54,604 nucleotides of DNA, taken from a virus. Its lineage: Duplodnaviria; Caudoviricetes. The stretch's first letter is position 1, and each line of letters begins with the position of its first letter. Below, in pieces: positions 25,975-35,962 of this stretch. The notes under the pieces are model-generated. The model made no database searches, was not told the DNA's origin, and was given only the letters and a program-made list of their open reading frames with translations. Location: positions 1 through 54,604 of the IMG/VR virus record IMGVR_UViG_3300042934_001355. The stretch is one strand, 5' to 3'. The translations under genes and the position numbers were made by a program.

Positions 25975-27318
25975 ATGACTGACAAATTAACGCTCGCCGT
26001 CAATCACGCGCTGAATGACGTCAGGCTTGCCCGTGTGCGCGCCATGGCATTTAACCCTGGCATGGGGCTGGATGCGAAGCGTGAGAGCGCATGGTGCGAA
26101 TACGGCTTCAAAGAAGGCCTGACATTCGATGACCTGCACAAGCTCTACCGTCGCGGCGGTATTGCTCACGGCGCGGTTAATAAACTGGTTTCAAACTGCT
26201 GGAAAACTAACCCTCAGGTGATCGAGGGTGAGCAGTCTGACGAATCACGCGACCTGACTGCATGGGAGAAGGCCAGTAATCAGGTGTTCACACATCGCTT
26301 CTGGCGAGCATTTGCTGAAGCTGACAAACGACGATTGGTTGGCCGCTGGGCTGGCATCCTGCTGCACGTTAAAGACAGCAGAAAATGGGATGAGCCAGTC
26401 GTCAAAGGAAAGGCGCTGCAGAAGATTACACCTGTATGGGCCAGCGCGCTAAAAGTTGGCAGCCGTGACAATTCCGGCACCATAACCATGTGGCAGTACA
26501 CCGAATCGCTTACTGATGGCAGCACGGCGCAACGCAATATCCATCCAGACCGCGTGCTGATTATCGGCGACATGTCAGAGGATGCTATCGGCTTTCTTGA
26601 GCCGGGGTACAACGCCTGCGTCAGCCTGGAGAAAGTCGAAGGTGGTTCGGGCGAATCATTTCTGAAAAACGCAGCACGTCAGCAGAATATCAACTTCGAC
26701 AAAGAGGTCGATTTTAACAATCTGGCCTCAATGTACGGCGTGACGGTTGATGAGCTACAGGAGCGATATAACGAAGCTGCCAGAGAGATTAACCGCGGCA
26801 ATGACACGCTGCTGATTACGCAGGGCGCACAGGTCACATCGATGGTGAACGCCGTCTCTGACCCTTCGCCAACCTATGACGTAAATCTGAAGACCTTCAG
26901 TGCATCAGTAGACATCCCATCACGCATCATCGTCGGCAATCAGTCTGGCGAACGCGCCAGCACAGAAGACCAAATTTACTTCAACGGCCGCTGCCAGTCA
27001 CGCCGCGGCGACCTATCATTCGATGCCGAAGATATGGTCGACAAGCTTACCTACCTGCAGATTATCAAGCCGGTGGCTAAGCTCAGCATCGTGTGGGATG
27101 AGCTCAACGAGCAATCTCCATCGGACAAGCTGGATAGCGCAGTGAAGATGAGCAACATCAACCAGACATCACTGGCCTCTGGCGAGCAGGTATTCACTGT
27201 GGATGAGATTCGCGTGGCCGCAGGGTATGAGCCGTGCGGCAGTGAGCCATTACCGGAGAGTGAGGAAGATGGCGAAACTGAAGAGGAAGCCGAAGCCAGC
27301 GATACTGCCGGCCAATAA
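25975..27318 (+). CDS. Portal protein (DUF1073-like)
   Basis: Position after terL; YRRGGIAHGAV, GGSGESFLKNA. Confidence 0.8.
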   Translation: MTDKLTLAVNHALNDVRLARVRAMAFNPGMGLDAKRESAWCEYGFKEGLTFDDLHKLYRRGGIAHGAVNKLVSNCWKTNPQVIEGEQSDESRDLTAWEKASNQVFTHRFWRAFAEADKRRLVGRWAGILLHVKDSRKWDEPVVKGKALQKITPVWASALKVGSRDNSGTITMWQYTESLTDGSTAQRNIHPDRVLIIGDMSEDAIGFLEPGYNACVSLEKVEGGSGESFLKNAARQQNINFDKEVDFNNLASMYGVTVDELQERYNEAAREINRGNDTLLITQGAQVTSMVNAVSDPSPTYDVNLKTFSASVDIPSRIIVGNQSGERASTEDQIYFNGRCQSRRGDLSFDAEDMVDKLTYLQIIKPVAKLSIVWDELNEQSPSDKLDSAVKMSNINQTSLASGEQVFTVDEIRVAAGYEPCGSEPLPESEEDGETEEEAEASDTAGQ

Positions 27319-28234
27319 GCTCGACCCGACCGGAGTTGACCGTCTTGAACGCGGCGCAATGCGTGAATACGGCAGGCGCCTTAAGCAAATCAGCACACGA
27401 TACATCGAGCTCCTTAACCGCATCCCGGCAGAGCCAGCAGTAAACCAGCGTTACACCTTCCAGTTAGACCCAACTCTGCTTTCAATGCTTCTACAGAACG
27501 GCGACGCCCTCGTTGATGAAATCCTGCTGCAGGGCGGTGAGTTCAATCCGTGGCTGTTTCAGGATTATGTTTCGCCATCTTATCGGCGAGGCACGGCGCA
27601 GGAGTTTGCCAACCTGTCTCAGCAATCTCCCGCGTACGAAGCAGATCGCGGCAGTGTGCAGGACATCCTTCTCAGTGATGCCTATCAAAGCCGGTTAATT
27701 CTGGTGAGAGCCCGCACTTTTGAAGAGATGAAAGGACTGGCTGCGGATGTTAAGCAGGGCCTGTCGCGAATCCTGACTGATGGGATGGGTCGCGGGCAGA
27801 ATCCGAAAGAAATAGCCAGGCGAATGCGTAACCAGATAGGCATTGAGCAGGGGCGGGCTAACCGTATCGCCAGAACGGAAATCACCACCGCACTACGGCG
27901 CGCCAGATGGGATGAGCATGATTCAGCCAAAGATGATTTGGGCCTGAACGTCATGCTGCTTCATCTTTCTGCCCTGAGCGCCACAACGCGCCGGACCCAC
28001 GCACTACGCCACGGCAACCTCTACACCTCAGAAGGTGTCCGCGACTGGTACAGCATCAACGGCAATGCGATCAACTGCAAATGCTCTCAGGTCACTGTAC
28101 TGGTTGATGCGAAGGGCGTGCCGCTCAATTCCTCAGTAATCGATATCGCCAAAAAAGAGTTTACCCAGACATGGGGAAAACGCATGGCAACCAATAAATC
28201 ACATCACTGCTGCGACCATAAGCACGCGGCTTAA
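27269..28234 (+). CDS. Head morphogenesis protein (SPP1 gp7/Mu F-like)
   Basis: RANRIARTEI...TRRTHALRHG...INCKC. Confidence 0.85.
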   Translation: MAKLKRKPKPAILPANKLDPTGVDRLERGAMREYGRRLKQISTRYIELLNRIPAEPAVNQRYTFQLDPTLLSMLLQNGDALVDEILLQGGEFNPWLFQDYVSPSYRRGTAQEFANLSQQSPAYEADRGSVQDILLSDAYQSRLILVRARTFEEMKGLAADVKQGLSRILTDGMGRGQNPKEIARRMRNQIGIEQGRANRIARTEITTALRRARWDEHDSAKDDLGLNVMLLHLSALSATTRRTHALRHGNLYTSEGVRDWYSINGNAINCKCSQVTVLVDAKGVPLNSSVIDIAKKEFTQTWGKRMATNKSHHCCDHKHAA

Positions 28235-28247
28235 TCGAGAGATAACC

Positions 28248-29522
28248 ATGACTATGCAGGTCAACGTCACCACCAGGGTGAACAGTCAGGCTATTCGCCG
28301 TGAAACATATAACGGTCGGCCGCATCTGGTGCTGCCAAGTTACACGCTGCCAGCCAACGTTGTGATGAACGGCGGCCTGTATCCGGCATCTGAAATCGAC
28401 GCACATTATCAGGGGCTGGAAGGCACGCTGGCGCCGCTCGGTCATCCGACTGTTGACGGCCAGTTTGTCTCAGCCTTTTCACCTGAAGGCATCAACGCAG
28501 GTCATATTGGCGCATGGAATCGCAACGTTAAGAAGTCCGGCAACCGCGTTTATGCGGAGAAGTGGGTTGATACCACCGTAGCGAACCAGAGCAAAGGCGG
28601 ACGGGAGCTGCTTGAGCGCGTTGCCGCTATTGAGCGTGGCGATGACGTTCCGCCGATCCACACCAGTGTTGCTGTCTTTCTCGACCAACTGGAATCCAGC
28701 GCAGAACAGAAAGCGCAGGGCATCGAGTGGGTCGCGAAGATTAACATGATGGACCACGACGCCATTCTGCTGCATGAGGTTGGTGCAGCGCAGCCCGAGC
28801 AGGGTGTTGGCCTGATGGTTAACGCTGACCAGGCGAAAACACTGCAATCCAACTCTGGCGCGCTGATTGGCGAATCATACCGCGAGCGCGAGCGCCGCCT
28901 TGAGCAGGCTGCCCGAGATAAGTTTGCTACCGGCCCGGATGACTATGCGTGGATTGCTGACTTCACCGATTCGCAGGCGATCGTCATCCGTAACGGGGGC
29001 GATGCGCAGGTTTACGGTTACACCAACGAAGGCGGCAAGATCACCTTTGACGATACCGGCTCAAAAGTTGCCCGCCAGGAGTCATGGGTCGCCATCGTAG
29101 CCAACAAAGTTAAATCCCTTTTCACACCGCAGGATGCTCCTGCAACAAACCACCAAACGGAGGGCGATATGCCTTTAACCAAAGAAGAACTGGAACAGAT
29201 TGGCACTATCGTCAGCGGCGCTATCGCTGCTAACAATGAAGCGTCACTGAAGCCCATTACTGAAGCGCTGGCAGGCATCCAGGCCAATCAGAAAACGCTG
29301 TCAGATTCACTGACCGCCAACTCACGCGCTGAAGAGAAAACCAAGCGTGATGCTGTCGCCGCAGTGCATGGCGAAATCGTCGCTAACGCACTGTCAGGCG
29401 AAGCACTGGACGCAATGTTTAAGTCTCTGGGTGAAGCTACCCACATCGGCACCAACAGTGCCAAAAACCCACCAGTGACCGGCGCACCGGATCCGGCTGC
29501 TTACTTCGGAGGTGCTGCGTAA
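28248..29522 (+). CDS. Prohead protease/scaffold
   Basis: VVMNGGLYP, APLGHP and DHDAILLHEVGA; precedes the capsid genes. Confidence 0.7.
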   Translation: MTMQVNVTTRVNSQAIRRETYNGRPHLVLPSYTLPANVVMNGGLYPASEIDAHYQGLEGTLAPLGHPTVDGQFVSAFSPEGINAGHIGAWNRNVKKSGNRVYAEKWVDTTVANQSKGGRELLERVAAIERGDDVPPIHTSVAVFLDQLESSAEQKAQGIEWVAKINMMDHDAILLHEVGAAQPEQGVGLMVNADQAKTLQSNSGALIGESYRERERRLEQAARDKFATGPDDYAWIADFTDSQAIVIRNGGDAQVYGYTNEGGKITFDDTGSKVARQESWVAIVANKVKSLFTPQDAPATNHQTEGDMPLTKEELEQIGTIVSGAIAANNEASLKPITEALAGIQANQKTLSDSLTANSRAEEKTKRDAVAAVHGEIVANALSGEALDAMFKSLGEATHIGTNSAKNPPVTGAPDPAAYFGGAA

Positions 29523-29974
29523 TGGCCCGTTATCGTCGCGTTAATATCGACGGTCAGTCTCTGTACAAGACCGAAACCCGCGTAACTGCTGCAGCTCTGC
29601 TGCCGGGTACTGCGGCTGTCATCAACGACGACAATGAGTTTGCGCAGGCCACCGCGCTGGCTGGTCGTCTCTACATCATTGACGTTGCCTACCATCAGGG
29701 GCTGAAAATCACCGAAGCTGTGCCGGCTGGCGACTCCGCTGTAGGTAACTACGTGGAAGAAGGTCGTGAGCTGGCGCTACTGTGCGTTGCAGGCACCTAC
29801 GGCAAAGACGATCCGATCAAACTCGGCACGAACGGTCAGTTCACCAAAGCCACATCTGATACCGATTCGGTTATCGGCTACAGCCAGGATGAAGCGACTA
29901 TCGCTGCGAGCTCTACCGACCTCATCCGCGTGCGTATGCGCGTCGGCACCGTTGCCGCAGCTGCTGGCGCTTAA
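29522..29974 (+). CDS. Capsid decoration protein
   Basis: 150 aa Ala/Gly-rich, between scaffold and capsid. Confidence 0.65.
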   Translation: MARYRRVNIDGQSLYKTETRVTAAALLPGTAAVINDDNEFAQATALAGRLYIIDVAYHQGLKITEAVPAGDSAVGNYVEEGRELALLCVAGTYGKDDPIKLGTNGQFTKATSDTDSVIGYSQDEATIAASSTDLIRVRMRVGTVAAAAGA

Positions 29975-29988
29975 TCAGGAGAATAAGA

Positions 29989-31086
29989 ATGTATTTTACC
30001 GCTGAAACACTGGCTGCTAACAGCCGACTGCGCGGACACTGGAACGAGCTGTGGGCGAACCGTGACATCTTCAATGCTCAGCACGACATGATGGTTAACG
30101 CGTTTCGTACGCGCATGACGCATGACATGCTGGCAGCGAATGCCATCGGCGGCTTTACCCGCGAGTTCTGGGCTGAGATTGACCGCCAGATTATCCAGAT
30201 GCGCGATCAGGAAGATGGCATGGAAATCATCAACGACCTGATGGGCGTGCAGACCGTTCTTCCTATCGGCAAGACTGCGAAGATGTATAACGTATCAGGC
30301 GACATCGCAGATGACGTATCCATCAGCATTGATGGTCAGGCGCCATATTCATTCGACCACACTGATTACGATGGTGATGGTGACCCTATCCCGGTGTTTA
30401 CTGCTGGCTACGGCGTCAACTGGCGTCATGCTGCTGGCCTGAGCACCGTCGGCATCGATCTGGCGCTTGATTCTCAGGCTGCCAAACTGCGCAAGTTCCA
30501 TAAAAAGCGCGTGGATTACTACCTTAATGGCAGTGATGCAATCTCCGTCGATGGCATGAAAGGTCAGGGCATTCGCAACCACCGCAACACATCCAAGATT
30601 AACCTTGGAAGCGGCGCTGGCGGTGCAAATATCGATCTGACTACGGCTACCCCTGCCCAGATGCTGGCCTTCTTTGGTCCAACTGGTGCCTTTGGTCTCA
30701 ATGCCCGCCGCAACAAAGTTGCCGCTTATGACAAGTTGTGGGTGAGCGCAGATATCTGGGCGAACATGTCCCGGCCTTACACCATTGAAGTTGGCAGCGG
30801 CTCGAATGCCTTTGTAAACGGCACCGTGTTGGATGCGATCGCTAAATTCATTCCTGCCAGAGAAATCACGCCGACCTTCGCACTTACCGGCAATGAATTC
30901 TTCGGCTACCAGCGCCGTCAGGACGTCATTTCTCCGCTGGTTGGTATGGCTGTTGGTACTGTTCCGCTGCCGCGCCCAATGCCGCAGAGCAATTACAACT
31001 TCCAGATCATGTCTGCTGAAGGTTTGCAGATTAAGAAGGACGGCGAAGGTCTGTCTGGTGTGGTCTACGGCGCGAACCTCGCATAA
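29989..31086 (+). CDS. Major capsid protein
   Basis: 365 aa, position, strong RBS. Confidence 0.8.
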   Translation: MYFTAETLAANSRLRGHWNELWANRDIFNAQHDMMVNAFRTRMTHDMLAANAIGGFTREFWAEIDRQIIQMRDQEDGMEIINDLMGVQTVLPIGKTAKMYNVSGDIADDVSISIDGQAPYSFDHTDYDGDGDPIPVFTAGYGVNWRHAAGLSTVGIDLALDSQAAKLRKFHKKRVDYYLNGSDAISVDGMKGQGIRNHRNTSKINLGSGAGGANIDLTTATPAQMLAFFGPTGAFGLNARRNKVAAYDKLWVSADIWANMSRPYTIEVGSGSNAFVNGTVLDAIAKFIPAREITPTFALTGNEFFGYQRRQDVISPLVGMAVGTVPLPRPMPQSNYNFQIMSAEGLQIKKDGEGLSGVVYGANLA

Positions 31087-31095
31087 GGAGCAATC

Positions 31096-31395
31096 ATGGC
31101 TGAGAAATACGAAGTAATTAATCCGTGGCACGGCGTGGAAAAGGGCGCAGTGGTGCAGTTGGAAAAACTGCATCCGTCACTTAAATCACACGTCCGCAAA
31201 CTTTCCGGCAAAGCATCGGCTGAGCTGGTTCCGGCAACGCCTAATGCCACATCAGACAAGCAGGCCCGCAAAGATGCGATCACCAAGCGGCTGGATGAGC
31301 TGGGTATTGAGTACAAAGGCAATCTCGGCGCTGACAAGCTGGCAGAGCTGCTGCCGGACGGTGAGCTGGAAAAGCTTTTCCCGACCGCTGAATAA
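31096..31395 (+). CDS. Hypothetical head-associated protein
   Basis: C-terminal LDELGIEYK...KLAELL HeH-like motif. Confidence 0.65.
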   Translation: MAEKYEVINPWHGVEKGAVVQLEKLHPSLKSHVRKLSGKASAELVPATPNATSDKQARKDAITKRLDELGIEYKGNLGADKLAELLPDGELEKLFPTAE

Positions 31396-31396
31396 C

Positions 31397-31420
31397 AACC
31401 GCCGCGCTGGCGGTTTTTTT
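31397..31420 (+). terminator. Terminator after the capsid genes
   Basis: AACCGCC-GCGCT-GGCGGTT-TTTTT. Confidence 0.75.
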
Positions 31421-31452
31421 ATGCCCTGTTCCGGCAGGGCTGAGAGGTACTC

Positions 31453-31854
31453 ATGGTTACCCAGGAGCAGGCAAAAGAGTATCTGATGAGCCAGGGTATT
31501 ACGCTGCCAGATTTCATTCTCATGGCGCTTGTTGAGCAGGCAAACAGCATTCAGGAATGTCTGGATGCTAACTACCCGCCAGCCACTGCATTGCTCATTC
31601 AGATGTACCTGTTAGGACTGATGGGGCTGGGGCAGGGCGATAAATACATCAGCTCTCAGTCAGCCCCATCAGGTGCGTCGAGGTCATTCCGGTACGGTTC
31701 ATTCGCCGATCGCTGGAAGGGCTCACTCGGACTTCTGCGTGGTCTCGACAAAAACGGGTGCGCCACTGCATTGATACCCGCCGACCCAACTCAGCAGTCC
31801 TTTGCAGGCATCTGGATCGCCAAGGGCGGATGCATGTGTGGTGGGAGACAATGA
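31453..31854 (+). CDS. Head-tail adaptor
   Basis: YISSQSAPSGASRSF; position. Confidence 0.65.
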   Translation: MVTQEQAKEYLMSQGITLPDFILMALVEQANSIQECLDANYPPATALLIQMYLLGLMGLGQGDKYISSQSAPSGASRSFRYGSFADRWKGSLGLLRGLDKNGCATALIPADPTQQSFAGIWIAKGGCMCGGRQ

Positions 31855-32018
31855 AATGGCTACCTTCAACACAACCGCCAAAGCCATTCGAGCGCGTCTG
31901 GGTTAGAACCTCAAATAACCGGGAAACGACCGGCTATGTGAACAGCAGCGGTGAGTGGGTGATTGCCTGCCCCCGTATTGCCGCTCAGAATGCCACTGTG
32001 ACTAGCTGGAGGAAATGA
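31851..32018 (+). CDS. Small DUF551-like protein
   Basis: MKWLPSTQPPKPFERVWV...GEW...VTSW. Confidence 0.55.
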   Translation: MKWLPSTQPPKPFERVWVRTSNNRETTGYVNSSGEWVIACPRIAAQNATVTSWRK

Positions 32019-32019
32019 C

Positions 32020-32367
32020 ATGTCATCTTTAGCCAGTTGGTCATACACGGCTCAGGCGACCATCTGGAAGCCTTTGGGGCTGGATGAGTACGGCGATTCT
32101 CTTGGTTGGTCTGAACCGCTGATAATTGCATGCGACTATCAGGGTGGGTTGAGCAAGCGGTTAGGGGCGATAGGCGGCGAGAAGGTGGTAAAGAACACCC
32201 TATGGACGGAGTACGCGCTGGCAGATACTGGTGATTACATCCTGATTGGTGCTTCGAGTAACCCTGACCCGATCGCAGCAGGCGCTGATGAGGTGATGCA
32301 GGCAATTCGCTATGCAGACACCTTTGAGCGGCTGACTGATGATTATGCAATTCTGACGGGGGGCTGA
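32020..32367 (+). CDS. Head closure/stopper protein
   Basis: WSYTAQATIW...DEYG; position. Confidence 0.6.
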   Translation: MSSLASWSYTAQATIWKPLGLDEYGDSLGWSEPLIIACDYQGGLSKRLGAIGGEKVVKNTLWTEYALADTGDYILIGASSNPDPIAAGADEVMQAIRYADTFERLTDDYAILTGG

Positions 32368-32368
32368 T

Positions 32369-32737
32369 ATGGGAGTAAAGGTCCGTGGCATCCGTCAGGC
32401 CCAGCAGAACCTAAACGCACTGATTGGCGACATTCAGGGCAGGAAGGCTGTCAGGGCTATTCAGAGCGCATTAATCATCGGCTCGTCACAGGCGGCGCTG
32501 TACACGCCTATAGACACATCCACGCTCATCAACAGTCAGTATCGAGAGCTCGACATCAAAGGTACGAGGATGACGGGGCGCGTGGGCTACTCGGCTAACT
32601 ATGCGGTTTACGTCCATGACCCTAATGTGCCTCAGACCTTCCGCAGGGCGACAGCCCAGAAGGAGTTTTTGACCAAAGGCTTCGAGGATACCCGCGACAT
32701 CATCGACCGCACCATTAAAAAGGAGATGAGCCTGTGA
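32369..32737 (+). CDS. Tail completion protein (HK97 gp10-like)
   Basis: TPIDTSTLINS...YAVYVH...EFL. Confidence 0.75.
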   Translation: MGVKVRGIRQAQQNLNALIGDIQGRKAVRAIQSALIIGSSQAALYTPIDTSTLINSQYRELDIKGTRMTGRVGYSANYAVYVHDPNVPQTFRRATAQKEFLTKGFEDTRDIIDRTIKKEMSL

Positions 32738-33126
32738 ATCCTCCGATGCATCAGCGCGTTAAAAATCTGCTTATCGGTTCCGGTCTGACTTCCGGATACA
32801 CGGTTCAGTCACTCATCTGGACTGATACAGGTGACCTTAAGCAGCGGTTCATCGTGCTCCGGCCCAATGGCGGCTCTCCGGTAGACAGAGATATCGGCTC
32901 TGACCATTACGTGCTTGTTGACCTGATCACCGGCAAGTCTGCAGGAGATTACGCAAAGTCAGAGTCTGACGTGCAGGCCATCATCGACTACGTGCAGCAA
33001 AACCCTATCAGCGACCCCTGCGTCGGCCAAATCACCAATATGGGTGGCATACCATCACCAATCCCCACGGCAGAGGGGCGTATGGTCTGGCGCCTGCAAT
33101 TTGCCTGTTCTTACGGCGAAAGTTAA
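32734..33126 (+). CDS. Tail terminator
   Basis: Position before the major tail protein. Confidence 0.65.
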   Translation: MNPPMHQRVKNLLIGSGLTSGYTVQSLIWTDTGDLKQRFIVLRPNGGSPVDRDIGSDHYVLVDLITGKSAGDYAKSESDVQAIIDYVQQNPISDPCVGQITNMGGIPSPIPTAEGRMVWRLQFACSYGES

Positions 33127-33144
33127 TCAAAAGAGGAATTACCC

Positions 33145-33891
33145 ATGGCAGCAAATTGCCCAACGGACAACACAAAGTTGTTTGGCCGCGCCATTGTGCT
33201 CGAAGTAGCTGATGGTTGCGCCGATACAGTACCGCAGGAGTCAGAGTGGAAGGCTCTGGCTGCAGGTACCAGTAAAGGTTTCGACTTCTCGCCCAACAGC
33301 GTGACGTCAGATGCCGATGACACCAAAGGTTATGTAGAGAACATCGTTACCAACGCTGACTTCACTATCTCATTTGAGGGAGAGGTGCGCCGTAACGATA
33401 AGTTGGACCAGTATGGTGTTGGTCGCCTGATTAAGTATTTCAACACTGAAATTCAGGCAGCGCGCCAGCCTACTCTGTGGGTTCGCATGGAGTTCGGGCC
33501 GATCACCTTCCAAGGGTACATGCTGATCAACGCACTGAGTTCTGACGGCGGCACTAACGACATCATCACTTTCTCCACCGAGTTTAAGGTGGCGGCAGCC
33601 GATACCATCCAGGTGGTAGATACAGATGACAGCGTTCCTGCTACAGGCGTTACCGTAACTCCAGCGACTACCTCCGTCGTAGTAGGGGCAACTCGCCAGC
33701 TGACTGGCACGGTGTTACCGGCTGATGCAACTGACAAGTCCGGCACATGGACAACCTCAGATGCTACGAAAGCAACCGTCAGGAGCACCGGCCTGGTTAC
33801 TGGTGTGGCCGCCGGCACAGCGACGATAACCTTCAAGTCGAACGACGGCAATTTCACAGGCACCACAACTGTAACGGTTACTGCCTCGTAA
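33145..33891 (+). CDS. Major tail tube protein with C-terminal Ig-like (Big_2) domain
   Basis: VTVTPAT..VVVGATRQLTGTV.PADATDK..WTTSD..KATV...GLVTGVAAGTATIT. Confidence 0.85.
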   Translation: MAANCPTDNTKLFGRAIVLEVADGCADTVPQESEWKALAAGTSKGFDFSPNSVTSDADDTKGYVENIVTNADFTISFEGEVRRNDKLDQYGVGRLIKYFNTEIQAARQPTLWVRMEFGPITFQGYMLINALSSDGGTNDIITFSTEFKVAAADTIQVVDTDDSVPATGVTVTPATTSVVVGATRQLTGTVLPADATDKSGTWTTSDATKATVRSTGLVTGVAAGTATITFKSNDGNFTGTTTVTVTAS

Positions 33892-33940
33892 CCATTCCAA
33901 AGGGCTGGTTTCAGCCCTTGATAATGATTATGGAGAACAC

Positions 33941-34618
33941 ATGACGCCGTATAAAGAGATTGGTGAATGCCTCATCACGGCCGGTGAGGATGAGTATTTC
34001 TTCCGCCCGTCATTTGCAGCAATGAGCCGAATCGGTGAGCCGCAGGAGATTGTTCAGACCTTTGCAGACCTGCACCACGATGAGCTGACACCGCTTATAG
34101 AGCGCGCAACTGCCGCATATGGGCACGTTCCAGCCTGGCTAATCGAGCACATCCGCAGCTGCAGTTATGGAAAGCGGGCGCTTATGGCTGCCATGACTGT
34201 AATGCAGGCATGCTGTGAGGGTGATTTGTCTGATCTTATCGGTGAGCTCCGTCCGGCCAGAACCAAGGGCAGGCCATTTAAGCGACGTATGGGGCTAATG
34301 GGTGACTTTGAGCTGCTGCTAATCGCACAGTCACTCATAACACATGGCATCATCGGTAAGGCAAAGGTTCGCCAGTTACAGCGCCACGAAAGCGGCAAGG
34401 CAACGACAGAGTTTAATGCCTTTGACTACGTCAGCGCGGCCCGCAATCATTTCAGCATGACGCGCTCGGAAGCCGAGCAATTAACGATGACCGAGTTTCA
34501 GCACATGCTTGCAGCTAAATACCCTGACCAGAAGGGATTCACGCGGGAAGAGTACGATCAGGTTGCAGATGATTACTTGGCGAGAAAGGCTAGTCGTTTA
34601 GCAAAATCGAACAAATGA
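33941..34618 (+). CDS. Tail assembly chaperone
   Basis: Between tube and tape measure; FFRPSFAAM, LTMTEF. Confidence 0.65.
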   Translation: MTPYKEIGECLITAGEDEYFFRPSFAAMSRIGEPQEIVQTFADLHHDELTPLIERATAAYGHVPAWLIEHIRSCSYGKRALMAAMTVMQACCEGDLSDLIGELRPARTKGRPFKRRMGLMGDFELLLIAQSLITHGIIGKAKVRQLQRHESGKATTEFNAFDYVSAARNHFSMTRSEAEQLTMTEFQHMLAAKYPDQKGFTREEYDQVADDYLARKASRLAKSNK

Positions 34619-34657
34619 AGCTTCGTAAGCCTGATAAGTTAACGCTGTTAATACCGG

Positions 34658-34686
34658 TTGATCAAAAATGATTAAGGCCCTAAACT
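34658..34686 (+). promoter_or_regulatory. sigma70-like promoter of the tail-region moron
   Basis: TTGATC-17 nt-TAAACT. Confidence 0.55.
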
Positions 34687-34736
34687 GACGTAGGCGTCAA
34701 TACAACAGTATTTTTATATTAAAAAAGGGTGCATTC

Positions 34737-35366
34737 ATGCCAACAAAACTGGTAGATGCTGTAAAGGTTAACGAAATTTTCGTTCATTTGAACGAAAGTT
34801 CGGATAACAGTACCCTTTATTCAGCACTTTCACGCGGTGTTGAGGTTGATATTTTAGGGGTGACCCTTTCTCCAGGATACCGGATTGTCAGGGTTGACAA
34901 CCGACTCACTGACCGTCTTAGCCAAAATCATTTTGAACTGGCCCTGATCAATGATGTCTCTGAAGATGTAGCTTATTACAACAGAGTTATGATACAGCCG
35001 GATACGTTCTTAAATTGTAGGCCTGTAACACAAGTACTTGTTTGGCGCACTCAGAAGCCAAAGCATAGGAAAGAGTTACATGATCTGGCTGGCACCATTT
35101 TCCTTAGCTATCTGTTAGAGAAATACGATGTTATCGTATCTGACATGAACCAGACGCATGATGGAATGTCTTTCTGGCAGGCTAGGATGTATGATGCGTT
35201 GCAATACGGCTTAAAAGTCTATGCTTACGATATGGTAACGTGCGAACTCAAAGAGATTAAAAATGACGATGATGTGGGCCGTTATGAGCAATGGCTATGG
35301 GGCGACCCTGACCATTATCAAAACAGACTAGCGATAATCTCTAAACTCAAGCTTCCAGTTCAGTAA
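34737..35366 (+). CDS. Moron protein, possible GNAT-like fold
   Basis: QVLVWR...LAGTIF..YLL...IVSDMNQTHDGMSFW; own promoter and terminator. Confidence 0.6.
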   Translation: MPTKLVDAVKVNEIFVHLNESSDNSTLYSALSRGVEVDILGVTLSPGYRIVRVDNRLTDRLSQNHFELALINDVSEDVAYYNRVMIQPDTFLNCRPVTQVLVWRTQKPKHRKELHDLAGTIFLSYLLEKYDVIVSDMNQTHDGMSFWQARMYDALQYGLKVYAYDMVTCELKEIKNDDDVGRYEQWLWGDPDHYQNRLAIISKLKLPVQ

Positions 35367-35369
35367 TAG

Positions 35370-35392
35370 AACCCGCCAATCGGCGGGTTTTT
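35370..35392 (+). terminator. Moron terminator
   Basis: AACCCGCC-AATC-GGCGGGTT-TTT. Confidence 0.75.
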
Positions 35393-35487
35393 ACTATAGA
35401 TCTAATGCTAAACCGTCATTATGTTGCTTTCTATTGCGATGCATCCCGGCTAGGATTTATCCCATCTTTTACTTTGGGGATAGGGAT

Positions 35488-35901
35488 ATGAAGAGGTTGG
35501 TTGGCAGTATAGGCTTGGCTTTCTTACTCGCGGGTTGCTCAGCAGGTCCGAAGTTGACTGATTTTCCTCCTGCGCCATCACAGCAACAGATAATGAGCGC
35601 CAGTTATGGTGAACTACCAGCGGATTATAAAGACCAAATCGTTAAATATGTAAGCTCTAAGCTACTAGACCCCTATAGCGCCAAAATCGAAATAGGGGCT
35701 CCTTACAAAGCATACAGCCAAAATAATATTTCAGGAGGCGGTTTGGTTAGATATGGCTGGGCAGTTCCAGTCATGACTAATGCAAAAAATTCCTATGGTG
35801 GCTATACCGGATATCAGCCTAGTAGATTCATCTATGATCATGGCGTGATGTATGACGCAACTCTAATTTACGGACTTGGATACTTAGTCGAAGTTAAGTA
35901 A
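35488..35901 (+). CDS. Lipoprotein moron
   Basis: Lipobox LLAGC; NAKNSYGGYTG motif. Confidence 0.75.
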   Translation: MKRLVGSIGLAFLLAGCSAGPKLTDFPPAPSQQQIMSASYGELPADYKDQIVKYVSSKLLDPYSAKIEIGAPYKAYSQNNISGGGLVRYGWAVPVMTNAKNSYGGYTGYQPSRFIYDHGVMYDATLIYGLGYLVEVK

Positions 35902-35917
35902 AAGATAACAAATAACC

Positions 35918-35944
35918 AAAACCTCGCTCCGGCGGGGTTTTTTT
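35918..35944 (+). terminator. Terminator before the tape measure gene
   Basis: ACCTCGC-TCCG-GCGGGGT followed by a T-tract. Confidence 0.7.
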
Positions 35945-35962
35945 ACGCCCGGAGAAAAGCGA

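Noticed and set aside
30349-31173. 274-aa antisense ORF, and many similar shadow ORFs across the head, tail and recombination genes
   Set aside because: They lie opposite well-supported genes with no motifs or RBS, as expected from codon bias
33941-34618. Programmed frameshift in the tail chaperone (lambda G/GT type)
   Set aside because: It is a single continuous ORF and I found no downstream shifted frame before the moron
34685-34710. Possible LexA box upstream of the 34737 moron (…ACAGTA)
   Set aside because: No CTG at the required 10-nt spacing from the CAG
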